Shown here in pieces: positions 1-8,329 of a DNA stretch of 25,820 bases. Under the pieces are notes generated by a model. The model worked only from the letters and a program-made list of their open reading frames with translations. It was not told where the DNA came from and did no database searches. Source of the stretch: a virus. Taxonomy: Duplodnaviria; Caudoviricetes. The stretch is from positions 1 to 25,820 of IMG/VR virus record IMGVR_UViG_3300012953_000196; one strand, 5' to 3'. How positions within the stretch are numbered: position 1 is the stretch's first letter; each line of letters begins with the position of its first letter. Both the position numbers and the translations under genes were made by a program.

Positions 1-1
1 C

Positions 2-751
2 TCTACACCTCGAGGAAGGAATAATTGGTTCGCTGAGTTTTTTGATAGGGGATTTATAGATGATTTCCCAGAATGGATATCTATTAAGGCGAGTTATAAG
101 TCTAATCCTAGAATGTCTGAAACGGATATTCAGGAGGCTAGAAAAAGTATGTCCGAAGCTGAGTTTCGACAAGAGTACGAAGCTGACTTCAATACTTATG
201 AAGGCCAAGTCTGGAACTTCAAATTCGATGAATGCGTAGGCTCCTTCCAAGAGACTGAAACTCTAGGAATGGACGTCTTCGCAGGACTCGACGTCGGGTA
301 TAGAGATCCCACTGCTTTCTGTGTGATTGCTTATTCATGGGATGAAGAAAAGTACTTTCTTCTGGACGAATACTTAGATGCAGAGAGAACTACTGAGCAA
401 CACGCTTTAGAAATACGAGCAATGATAGATAAGTGGGATATTGATTATATTTACATTGACTCTGCTGCTCAACAAACACGATTCGACTTTGCACAAAACT
501 ACGATATTACAACAGTAAATGCTAAGAAATCAATTTTAGATGGTATTTCTCACGTAGAAGGAATAATAGATAATAATAGATTATTAGTTGACCAAAGTTG
601 TAAAGAAACTCTCCAGGCGTTGGATCAATACCAATGGGATCCTAACCCTAACCTTTTAAGAGAGAAGCCAAAGCATAATCGTGCATCACATATGGCAGAT
701 GCACTGCGTTATGCATTGTATTCATTTGAAACATCAAACAGCGGCTTCTAG
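2..751 (+). CDS. terL: Terminase large subunit, C-terminal part (5'-truncated by the window edge)
   Basis: The frame is open from base 2 (STPRGRNNWF, the ATPase coupling motif region), upstream of the listed ATG at 113. It contains FRQEYEADF, the RNase H-like nuclease motifs GLDVGYRDPTA and HMADALRYA, and lies upstream of the portal. Confidence 0.95.
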   Translation, partial: STPRGRNNWFAEFFDRGFIDDFPEWISIKASYKSNPRMSETDIQEARKSMSEAEFRQEYEADFNTYEGQVWNFKFDECVGSFQETETLGMDVFAGLDVGYRDPTAFCVIAYSWDEEKYFLLDEYLDAERTTEQHALEIRAMIDKWDIDYIYIDSAAQQTRFDFAQNYDITTVNAKKSILDGISHVEGIIDNNRLLVDQSCKETLQALDQYQWDPNPNLLREKPKHNRASHMADALRYALYSFETSNSGF

Positions 752-763
752 AGATACCATATC

Positions 764-803
764 AAAAATAATGTTTGACATGATACCTCAGATTCGCTAT
801 AAT
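764..803 (+). promoter_or_regulatory. Sigma70-type promoter with A-rich UP element
   Basis: TTGACA (775-780), 17-bp spacer, TATAAT (798-803): perfect consensus, preceded by AAAAATAAT, in the intergenic gap after terL. Confidence 0.92.
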
Positions 804-817
804 TCTGGTATTCGAAA

Positions 818-1180
818 ATGGATTTGAAAAGAGACATAGTAAAATACATAAGAGACAAAGCAAAGAACAAATATGAAAAAGGCACTGAGTGCTATATTTG
901 TGGGGAAAAAGCGGAACTTGATTTTCACCATTTTTATTCTTTAAGTCCGTTAGTACATAATTATGTAAAAAAGAACAAGTTACTTCCTGAGAATATATTA
1001 TCTTTTCGGGAAGATTTCATACAAGAGCATTGGGCTGAGTTGTATGAGCACACAGTAACACTATGCCATGCACACCATTTAAAGTTACATAAGGTGTATG
1101 GAAGAGACCCGGCCCTCACAACCGCTAAAAAGCAGGAAAATTGGGTAGAAATTCAAAGAGAAAAACATGGCATGGTATGA
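818..1180 (+). CDS. HNH-family endonuclease (T5-like nicking or packaging-associated nuclease)
   Basis: CYIC...LDFHH...TLCHAHHLKLH zinc-binding HNH pattern, 120 aa, located between terminase and portal. Confidence 0.8.
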   Translation: MDLKRDIVKYIRDKAKNKYEKGTECYICGEKAELDFHHFYSLSPLVHNYVKKNKLLPENILSFREDFIQEHWAELYEHTVTLCHAHHLKLHKVYGRDPALTTAKKQENWVEIQREKHGMV

Positions 1181-2372
1181 TAGAATAATTGGTCGACAGC
1201 CGGAGGCGGATGAAGAAAAGCTGAATCCTGCCCAACGATACTTCGATCATACTGTTCAGCCCTCTAGAGAATTTACATTCAAGTATGAAAAAGCATACGA
1301 GGATATTGAAATTGTCAACCGAGGCGTCAACCTTATTGTAGATGACGCAGCAGAAATTAAGACAAATGTAGGAGCACCAATAGCCGGAGTTCAGGGTATA
1401 ACAAAAGGCGTAAAAAGATCTAGAGTAAACCTTCTTCTAAATAAAGAGCCTAATCCTTTTCAGGACATTAGTACGTTTAAAAGAAACTTAATCACAGATT
1501 ATATTCTTGATGGTAATATCTTTATTTATTATGATGGTGTTCACCTCTATCATCTTCCTGCCAATAAAATGAATATTCATGCTAGTCAGACTACTTATAT
1601 TGAAAAGTATACTTTTAATGAAACAGTAACTTATAGTCCTAGTGAAATTATTCATATCAAAGATAACTCTTTCTACTCCATATATCGAGGAGTCTCTCGT
1701 CTTAAGCCTGCACTACGAACAATGATTCTTATGCAGAATATGCGGCAGTTTCAAGACAACTTTTTTAAGAACGGAGCTGTACCAGGATTAGTACTTAAAA
1801 GTCCTAATACTTTAAGCGAGAAGATAAAAGAAAGGATGATACAATCCTGGACGCTCCGTTATCGTCCAGACTCAGGAGGTCGAAGACCTCTTATTCTTGA
1901 TGGCGGAATTGAATTGGATAGTATTTCAAACACTAACTTCAGAGAGTTAGATTTTCAGAATGCTATCGCAGAGAATGAAAAAATTATATTAAAGGCACTA
2001 GGTATTCCACCTATATTGTTGGATTCCGGTAATAATGCAAACATTCGACCTAACATGCGAATGTACTATTTAGAAACGATACTGCCTATAGTTAAAAAGC
2101 TTCATTTTGGTTTAGAACGTTTTTTCGGTTTTGAACTAAGAGAAAATGTTACTGATGTACCGGCTTTGCAGCCAGAACTGAGAGATCAGTCACAGTACTA
2201 CACAGCCTTAGTGAATGGAGGAATTATTTCTCCTAATGAAGCAAGAGAACATTTAGGATTTGAGCCAGTAGAAGGCTATAATGATCTTCGTGTGCCTGCT
2301 AATATTGCAGGTAGCGCAGCAAATCCAGATGAAGGCGGTAGACCTGTAGAAGGAGAAGAAACAGATGGCTAG
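1167..2372 (+). CDS. Portal protein (HK97 family, T5 pb7-like)
   Basis: 401 aa with LLNKEPNPFQ, GNIFIY, EIIHIK, FFKNGAVPG, ALGIPPILL and GIISPNEAREHLG, all typical of HK97-type portals. Confidence 0.95.
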   Translation: MAWYDRIIGRQPEADEEKLNPAQRYFDHTVQPSREFTFKYEKAYEDIEIVNRGVNLIVDDAAEIKTNVGAPIAGVQGITKGVKRSRVNLLLNKEPNPFQDISTFKRNLITDYILDGNIFIYYDGVHLYHLPANKMNIHASQTTYIEKYTFNETVTYSPSEIIHIKDNSFYSIYRGVSRLKPALRTMILMQNMRQFQDNFFKNGAVPGLVLKSPNTLSEKIKERMIQSWTLRYRPDSGGRRPLILDGGIELDSISNTNFRELDFQNAIAENEKIILKALGIPPILLDSGNNANIRPNMRMYYLETILPIVKKLHFGLERFFGFELRENVTDVPALQPELRDQSQYYTALVNGGIISPNEAREHLGFEPVEGYNDLRVPANIAGSAANPDEGGRPVEGEETDG

Positions 2373-2673
2373 ATTACGAGTAAGAAACCAAATCCTACAA
2401 GAGATCGGTATGTTCATGCTAGAAAAAGGAAAAGTTCTTGAAAAGCATGATTACGATCAATGTGAAAATGAGGTTCCTATTCGTTCTGGTATGGCATTAA
2501 ATCACTTTGGTAGTTGGTCAAGATTACTTCAAACTCTTGAAGGTAGTCTACCAGATATTTGGGCTGAGATTAAGAAGGCAGAGAATCCTCCGCCTCCACC
2601 AAAGCCTAAGGCGGAACCTAAGCCTAAAGCTACGCCTAAGCCTGCTCCGGCAGCTAAAAAAGAAGAGAAGTAA
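2365..2673 (+). CDS. Small hypothetical protein: helical domain with HFGSW motif plus a Pro/Lys/Ala-rich tail
   Basis: SD (AAGGAG) upstream and overlap with the portal stop. NHFGSWSRLL resembles the homing-endonuclease-associated repeat. The C-terminus is PPPPPKPKAEPKPKATPKPAPAAKKEEK. Confidence 0.75.
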   Translation: MARLRVRNQILQEIGMFMLEKGKVLEKHDYDQCENEVPIRSGMALNHFGSWSRLLQTLEGSLPDIWAEIKKAENPPPPPKPKAEPKPKATPKPAPAAKKEEK

Positions 2674-2674
2674 T

Positions 2675-4678
2675 ATGGAAAAGATATTTAATCTAACCTC
2701 TACTTTCAAGAGTCATGTGGCAGAAGACGGTTCAGCTATGATTCGAGGAATGGCAAGTACTTCTGATTTTGACCGTGCGGGGGATTCTATCTCTCATGAA
2801 GCATGGACAAAAGGAGGTTTAAAGAATTTTGAAAAGAATCCTATTATTCTTTTTAATCACGATTACGATCGACCAATAGGTCGAGCTACAGGTCTAAAAG
2901 TAACAGATAGTGGCCTGGAGTTAGAAGCAAAGATTAGCAAGTCTGCACCTGCTAATGTTTGTGAGTTAGTTAAAGAAGGTATCCTTGGAGCTTTTTCTGT
3001 TGGTTTCCGAGTCAAGGATGCTGATTATATCACGGAAACCGACGGACTAAAGATAAAGGACGCTGAATTGTTTGAAGTATCGGTTGTATCCGTTCCTTGC
3101 AATCAAGAAGCTACTTTTTCTCTGGCGAAGTCTTTTAGCTCTATGGAAGAGTACGAAGAGTTCAAAAAAACTTTCATAAATAGTGTCGAACTAGCCGAGC
3201 CGTCTCTGGCTAAGGATGAAAAATCATTACTAGCTAGTGACGCACCGGATGGAACCCAAGAGGTTCAAAAGGAGACAAAAATGTCGGAAGATGTAAAAAC
3301 TCCCGAAGTCGACTTGGAAGCTTTTGCGAAAAAGGTAGCAGAAGAAACTGCTGCAAAGATTGCAATGAAGCAGGCCGAGCAAAAAGCCGCAGATGAAAAA
3401 GCTGCGCAAGAAGCTGTAGAAAAAGCGGCTGCAGATGCAGAAGTTAAGGCTCAGCAAGAAGAAGAAGTTAAGAGCGCAATTGCAACTGGTATTGAATCAG
3501 GTGCTGAAAAGCTTTTGGCGGACGTACAAGAAGATCTTACTAAGCGCAATGCTGATATGGAAGAAACTCTTGCTAAGTATAAGAGAGAGCTAGAAGAGAA
3601 AGCTGACGAAATCTCTAAGATGCGCGACTCTAAGCGAGTATTTGCTGATCGTGCTGCCAAGTCTGATATTTCAGCTTGGGGTCAAGATTTCTTGAATGCT
3701 CACATGTTGGGTGTTATGACTCAAAAGGGTTGGAACACTTCTTATGCACAAGATATTCAGGAAAAAGCTGGTATCGACTATGCAACCAACGCAGGTGATA
3801 TCGATCAGGAAGTATCTTCTTTGATTGAAAAGGAAATCATGAATGAGCTGAAAGTAGCTCGCATGTTCCGTGAAATCCCTGTAAACGGTAAGTCCACAGT
3901 GCTTCCTATCCAAGTAGACGTTGACCCTGCATCATGGGCAACTAACGCTACTTCTGGAAACTTGGAAAATCGTGGCGCTTCAAACGCTACTTACCAGCCT
4001 AAGCAAGTTATCTTGAACGCTTATCGCTTGATCTCAAGCACGTTTATGGATAATGAAGTTGACGAGCAGGTACTTGTTAACTTGATGCCTATGTTGGTTG
4101 AAGGTGTTGCACGTGCACATGGCCGCGCAGTAGAAGCCGCTATCCTTAATGGTAACGGTACTATCTCTGGCCTTGACGGACACGCAGCAGCAGCTACTGC
4201 CAAGCACGATATCGATGGTGCTTCATTAGCATCTGGCAACTTCTCTACTATGACCGGTGCTACTTTATTGGCAGCACGCAAGGAAATGGGTAAGTATGGC
4301 CTGAATCCTTCAGAAGTTGTTTACATTGTAAGCCAAGCCATGTACTACGATCTGTTGAGTGACTCTGCATTCCAGAGCCTTGATGAAGTAGGTACTGAGC
4401 TTGCTATCAAGGTGACTGGTACTATCGGTGCAGTCTTCGGATCTCCTGTTGTGGTTTCTGAAGAGTTCGCAGCCGAAGCAGCCGGTGTTCCTGTAGCTTT
4501 CTGTGTATACCCACGCAACTACGTACTTCCTCGCCTCCGCGGTGTAACTGTTGAGCAGGATTACGAAGTAATGAATCAGCGTCGTGTTATCGTTGCAACC
4601 CAATCTCTGGGCTTCAATGAAATCGTCGCAGGTGCTTCTGGCGACCAGCCTAGCATCAAGATCGATTCAGTAGCTTAA
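2675..4678 (+). CDS. Prohead protease-major capsid protein fusion (HK97 fold)
   Basis: The likely start is ATG 2675 (MEKIFNL), just after the previous stop. Protease motifs LFNHD, GAFSVGF and ELFEVSVVSVPCN run without a stop into a coiled-coil scaffold domain and an HK97-fold capsid domain. Confidence 0.93.
   Translation: MEKIFNLTSTFKSHVAEDGSAMIRGMASTSDFDRAGDSISHEAWTKGGLKNFEKNPIILFNHDYDRPIGRATGLKVTDSGLELEAKISKSAPANVCELVKEGILGAFSVGFRVKDADYITETDGLKIKDAELFEVSVVSVPCNQEATFSLAKSFSSMEEYEEFKKTFINSVELAEPSLAKDEKSLLASDAPDGTQEVQKETKMSEDVKTPEVDLEAFAKKVAEETAAKIAMKQAEQKAADEKAAQEAVEKAAADAEVKAQQEEEVKSAIATGIESGAEKLLADVQEDLTKRNADMEETLAKYKRELEEKADEISKMRDSKRVFADRAAKSDISAWGQDFLNAHMLGVMTQKGWNTSYAQDIQEKAGIDYATNAGDIDQEVSSLIEKEIMNELKVARMFREIPVNGKSTVLPIQVDVDPASWATNATSGNLENRGASNATYQPKQVILNAYRLISSTFMDNEVDEQVLVNLMPMLVEGVARAHGRAVEAAILNGNGTISGLDGHAAAATAKHDIDGASLASGNFSTMTGATLLAARKEMGKYGLNPSEVVYIVSQAMYYDLLSDSAFQSLDEVGTELAIKVTGTIGAVFGSPVVVSEEFAAEAAGVPVAFCVYPRNYVLPRLRGVTVEQDYEVMNQRRVIVATQSLGFNEIVAGASGDQPSIKIDSVA
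3281..4678 (+). CDS. Major capsid protein from an internal in-frame start (465 aa, delta domain plus HK97 fold)
   Basis: AAAAGGAG (3267-3274) lies 6 nt before the in-frame ATG at 3281 (MSEDVKT). The size is close to the T5 pb8 precursor, and the N-terminal part is Ala/Glu/Lys-rich coiled coil. Confidence 0.78.
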   Translation: MSEDVKTPEVDLEAFAKKVAEETAAKIAMKQAEQKAADEKAAQEAVEKAAADAEVKAQQEEEVKSAIATGIESGAEKLLADVQEDLTKRNADMEETLAKYKRELEEKADEISKMRDSKRVFADRAAKSDISAWGQDFLNAHMLGVMTQKGWNTSYAQDIQEKAGIDYATNAGDIDQEVSSLIEKEIMNELKVARMFREIPVNGKSTVLPIQVDVDPASWATNATSGNLENRGASNATYQPKQVILNAYRLISSTFMDNEVDEQVLVNLMPMLVEGVARAHGRAVEAAILNGNGTISGLDGHAAAATAKHDIDGASLASGNFSTMTGATLLAARKEMGKYGLNPSEVVYIVSQAMYYDLLSDSAFQSLDEVGTELAIKVTGTIGAVFGSPVVVSEEFAAEAAGVPVAFCVYPRNYVLPRLRGVTVEQDYEVMNQRRVIVATQSLGFNEIVAGASGDQPSIKIDSVA

Positions 4679-4689
4679 TCATAGCTAGT

Positions 4690-4726
4690 AACCGATGGGG
4701 AGGGTAACCTCCCCTAGGTTTTTATT
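4690..4726 (+). terminator. Rho-independent terminator after the capsid gene
   Basis: GGGGAGG-gtaa-CCTCCCC hairpin (4697-4714), extendable by AACC/GGTT, followed by TTTTTATT. Confidence 0.85.
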
Positions 4727-4735
4727 AATTTACTT

Positions 4736-5326
4736 ATGGCAGATTTAATTACATTATCAGATTATAAGGACATGGAGGGAATCAATGGTCCCAAGGAGGA
4801 CTTACGTATTTCTCGCCTTATTCCGTCTGTAAGTGAATTAGTAAAAACCTACTGCGGTAATTCGTTTGTAGATTTTTATTCTAATAATAAAATAGAAGAT
4901 TTTGATATTCACTGGAGTACTTATGCTGTACAGCTCACTGAGAGTCCTATAGTTAATATCGTTTCAGTACAAGAAAGGGGAGGGTATGATCAAGCATATT
5001 CCACACTCACTACTACAGACCATGAATACTATCTCGATGCGCGTACCGATAGCATTGTTAGAACTAATAAGTCTGGGTCTCGTCTTAATTGGAGTAAAGG
5101 TGTTGGTGCTGTAAAGATTACTTATAAAGCAGGATATTCAGAAGTACCTTCTGATTTAAAACTTGCTATTTCTGACTTAATTACTTATTATCTTAAAGAT
5201 GAGCACAAAGAAAGAAGAACTTTAGGCGGCGCATCTATACAAAATCAAAGCTCTACTACTCAAAGGGATAACGTAGCTTTCCCTGATCATATTAAGCGAG
5301 TACTAGACTTATATAAGAACTTTTAA
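4736..5326 (+). CDS. Head completion / head-tail adaptor protein (T5 p144-like)
   Basis: MADLITLSDYK...VKTYCG...VKITYKAGYSEVPSDLKLA...FPDHIKRVLDLYK is the pattern of gp6/gp15-like connector proteins. It directly follows the capsid gene. Confidence 0.87.
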   Translation: MADLITLSDYKDMEGINGPKEDLRISRLIPSVSELVKTYCGNSFVDFYSNNKIEDFDIHWSTYAVQLTESPIVNIVSVQERGGYDQAYSTLTTTDHEYYLDARTDSIVRTNKSGSRLNWSKGVGAVKITYKAGYSEVPSDLKLAISDLITYYLKDEHKERRTLGGASIQNQSSTTQRDNVAFPDHIKRVLDLYKNF

Positions 5327-6633
5327 TGGCTGCTAAATACCCAAAAACTTTAAGAGGAATAAGAGGAGCTCTTCAACGAGACATCTTCATGAGATCTAAA
5401 GCCGTAAGAAGGGCTATAGATAGAAATCCGATGGTTTTACAAGTAACAAAACTTGATAAAGAGTACGCAAAAAAGTTCAATGAATTTGCAAAACAAATAA
5501 ATGCAGCTGCAGAAGAGCACGGAGCAGACTCCGCAAAAAGAATTACTTTGGGCGATAATGGAGCAGTATTTACAATAAAAACTGCAAAAAGAATGGTTGA
5601 TACAATGGCAGCAGGAGATAGTGCTGCTACTGGAGAGAAGTTAGGATTTGCTAACTTTAGACAGCAAAATTACTTCTTCAAAAAACTATTTCCAGAATTA
5701 ACTGGAAATTATGAACTAGGCCATAAGAATATAAGCGTGCTTCGTGCTAATTTAGCAATTGCACTTGATGAATTTTCTAAGGATGATCCTCGCAGAAAAG
5801 CCCTTTTAGCTCTTTTTAGTATTGTAAAAGAGTTAGATGCTGTAGAGGAAAAAGGTGTTAGCTTAATTGATTTAATTGAGAACACAAAAAAGGCTGCATC
5901 AAGAAAGCGAGATTTTTCTGTAGATTGGAAAAAAGATGTTGATACTGTAGGCGGATTAGATTATAGAATTGAGCTGGAGTATGAAGAAATTGGATTAAAC
6001 CAAGAAAAAGGTCGAATGGCTGCAAAGATCGGAGAAATATTCAAAGCTCTAGTAGAAGGTGAGGCAGAAAGAGTAGAGACTTTTTTAGCAGGAATACCTT
6101 ATGAAAATTTAAGGGGCTCTCCAGATCTTATAGATGATATTCTTGATTTAGCTGCTGATACAATAGATCCCTCTAAAAAAGCAAAGAGGAAAAAGTCATC
6201 ACAGAAAAACAGAGGCAAACTAACAGGAAGGGGCACTAAACCGGAAAATAGAGCTAAGCTCACGGAAATAAAAAAGCCGAGAAAAACAAGAGCAACTACT
6301 TCTCAGAAAAAAGATGTCTCTCCTTTAGCACTAGCTTCTTTAATAAATAGTAAACTACCTGACGTAGTTGCAAAGAACATGGTTTCACCTCGTCTTCAGT
6401 TACAGACAGGTGCTCTAGCACAAAGTGCTAGAATAGTAGATATTCAGCAAACTGCTCAAGGATTTCCAAGTATAGGATATACTTATAGAAAAGATCCTTA
6501 CCAAGTTTTTGAATCAACAAGCGGCACTAGGTTTTCTGATAGAGAAAGAGATCCAAGAGCTTTAATAGATGCGTCAATAAGAGAAATTGCAGCGACATTA
6601 GTAACAGGAAGATTGTTTACTAGGAGACTATAA
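5326..6633 (+). CDS. Putative neck / tail completion protein (position of T5 p143), unusually long
   Basis: TAATG coupling on both sides and position between adaptor and tail terminator. The C-terminal region (PRLQLQTGALAQS...YTYRKDPYQVFE...RDPRALIDASIREIA) looks like a neck-protein domain. Confidence 0.6.
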   Translation: MAAKYPKTLRGIRGALQRDIFMRSKAVRRAIDRNPMVLQVTKLDKEYAKKFNEFAKQINAAAEEHGADSAKRITLGDNGAVFTIKTAKRMVDTMAAGDSAATGEKLGFANFRQQNYFFKKLFPELTGNYELGHKNISVLRANLAIALDEFSKDDPRRKALLALFSIVKELDAVEEKGVSLIDLIENTKKAASRKRDFSVDWKKDVDTVGGLDYRIELEYEEIGLNQEKGRMAAKIGEIFKALVEGEAERVETFLAGIPYENLRGSPDLIDDILDLAADTIDPSKKAKRKKSSQKNRGKLTGRGTKPENRAKLTEIKKPRKTRATTSQKKDVSPLALASLINSKLPDVVAKNMVSPRLQLQTGALAQSARIVDIQQTAQGFPSIGYTYRKDPYQVFESTSGTRFSDRERDPRALIDASIREIAATLVTGRLFTRRL

Positions 6634-7088
6634 TGGCATCAAGAGACTATACTTCTCGCCGTGCAAACATTCTGAAAGCACTTGCAGAGCAGTTAAAAGA
6701 AATTGATGGGTCTGGCGCTTTTCTCACAGATTTACAAAATAACGTTCATCCAAGGTTAAAATTCTGGGATGAAGTAGATGAATTTCCTGCAGTGCATTTA
6801 AATGCCGGCAGTGAGTCTCGGCAGTATCAGGGTGGAGGCTATAAAGATAGATTCTTAGTGGTCACAGTTCGATGCTATGTAAATAGTGAAGATGATGCAA
6901 CTGAAGAATTAAATCTTCTTATGGAAGATATAGAAACAGTACTTGAGGAAAATTCTCAATTAAAATATGTAGACGCTCAAAATAATGAGTTTGCTACTCA
7001 ACAGATCACTATAATCAGTATAGATACTGATGAAGGTGTATTGGAACCTTTAGGTGTTGGTGAGATAACTATAGAGGTTCGATATTAG
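6633..7088 (+). CDS. Tail terminator protein (T5 p142 / lambda gpU-like)
   Basis: 151 aa, acidic, with KFWDEVDEFPAVHL and IDTDEGVLEPLGVGEITIEVRY. It lies immediately before the tail tube gene. Confidence 0.85.
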   Translation: MASRDYTSRRANILKALAEQLKEIDGSGAFLTDLQNNVHPRLKFWDEVDEFPAVHLNAGSESRQYQGGGYKDRFLVVTVRCYVNSEDDATEELNLLMEDIETVLEENSQLKYVDAQNNEFATQQITIISIDTDEGVLEPLGVGEITIEVRY

Positions 7089-7129
7089 AAAAACCCGACA
7101 AGAACAGATGTTCACGTTCAGGCTTTTTC
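7088..7129 (+). promoter_or_regulatory. Imperfect RNA stem-loop in the leader of the tail tube gene
   Basis: GAAAAA/TTTTTC, CC/GG, GA/TC and GAAC-agat-GTTC pairings fill the intergenic gap and end just before the SD AGGAG (7138-7142). Confidence 0.5.
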
Positions 7130-7148
7130 AAGCTCTTAGGAGAAAATT

Positions 7149-8315
7149 ATGGCTCAGACATTATATTTTAGTCGTGATACTAAATTTTACGTTGAATTGC
7201 CGCAAGCTAGTGGCGAATTCGTATGGGAAATTCCGATACTTGATGGATTTAGTTTCTCACAAGCGACAAACTCTACAGAAGTTACTCTTGCTGAGATGTC
7301 AACAGGCGGAACGTCGCGAAGAGGCCGAGCCTTTTTTAACGACTCTTTAGCACCTGTTGAATTCTCATTTAGTACTTATGTTCGTCCTTATAAAACTGCG
7401 GGCTCTGGTACAGGTGTATTTGGTGACACTCAAAACGAACATCACGCAGTAGAAGAAGTTTTATGGGCACTTATGGCTGGTAATGCTGCTGTAAGTAGTG
7501 CAAACTTTACAGGATTTACTAGAGATACTACTGATTTGGACATTACATTTGCAAACTCAAATGTAACTGAATTAGGACCTACTACTCCAGGTAGAGAGCC
7601 GAATCTGTACTTTAGTCTTGGAACTGGAAAATCAAATCCAAAGATCTATAAACTATCAAAAGCTGTTATCAATGAAGCAACTATTGATTTTGATATTGAC
7701 GGTATTGCTACAATTAACTGGTCTGGTTTTGCTTCGACAATTGCTCAGGCAAGCTTGCCTACTGTAGACTACACAGAAGATATAACTGCCGATGATAACT
7801 TTATTAGAAACCGATTGACAGAACTTACTATTACGGCAGACGACACTACAACTTTCCCTGGCGGACATGGTGGTGTTACTGGTGCGTATGGCTTAACACT
7901 AACCGGAGGTTCTGTAACAATTACTAATAATGTAACTTACATTACACCTGAAACATTAGGTGAAGTGAATACTCCTGTAGGCCACGTTACGGGCGCTCGA
8001 AGTGTTACAGGAAGCTTTACTTGCTACTTGTCTCACGATACAGCAAATAGTAATAATGGTACTTCCACAGACTTCTTTGCTGATATGACAGCAGCAAATG
8101 CATTGAATAAGATTACAAACAGCTTTACTACTACATTTAAGGTGGGGGGCGCTTCTGGTACTCCTCGTTTGGAACTCTTAATGGATTCAGCTCACTTTGA
8201 GATTCCTACTCATAACATCGAAGATGTTATTGCGGTAGAAACGAATTTCCACGGATTGCCGTCTACAATTGACGCTACCAATGAGCTTGCTCTCAAGTAT
8301 GTAGGTGCAACCTAA
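7149..8315 (+). CDS. Major tail tube protein (T5 pb6-like)
   Basis: Strong SD. FSRDTK...WEIPILDGFSFSQ...FNDSLAPVEFSFSTYVRP...ITPETLGEVN match pb6-type tube proteins. A terminator follows. Confidence 0.9.
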   Translation: MAQTLYFSRDTKFYVELPQASGEFVWEIPILDGFSFSQATNSTEVTLAEMSTGGTSRRGRAFFNDSLAPVEFSFSTYVRPYKTAGSGTGVFGDTQNEHHAVEEVLWALMAGNAAVSSANFTGFTRDTTDLDITFANSNVTELGPTTPGREPNLYFSLGTGKSNPKIYKLSKAVINEATIDFDIDGIATINWSGFASTIAQASLPTVDYTEDITADDNFIRNRLTELTITADDTTTFPGGHGGVTGAYGLTLTGGSVTITNNVTYITPETLGEVNTPVGHVTGARSVTGSFTCYLSHDTANSNNGTSTDFFADMTAANALNKITNSFTTTFKVGGASGTPRLELLMDSAHFEIPTHNIEDVIAVETNFHGLPSTIDATNELALKYVGAT

Positions 8316-8329
8316 ATCATACTAATCAG

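Noticed and set aside
272-296. Two GACGTC palindromes close together in terL
   Set aside because: Both encode Asp-Val in the conserved MDVFAGLDVG motif, which explains them.
2507-2674. N-terminal 56 codons of the listed 723-aa ORF
   Set aside because: They overlap the 2365..2673 gene in another frame and read as shadow sequence. ATG 2675 follows that gene's stop and begins the protease domain.
2-4678. Intein or self-splicing intron in terminase, portal or capsid
   Set aside because: The frames are continuous, sizes are normal, and no intein splice motifs are evident. The HNH gene is free-standing with its own promoter.
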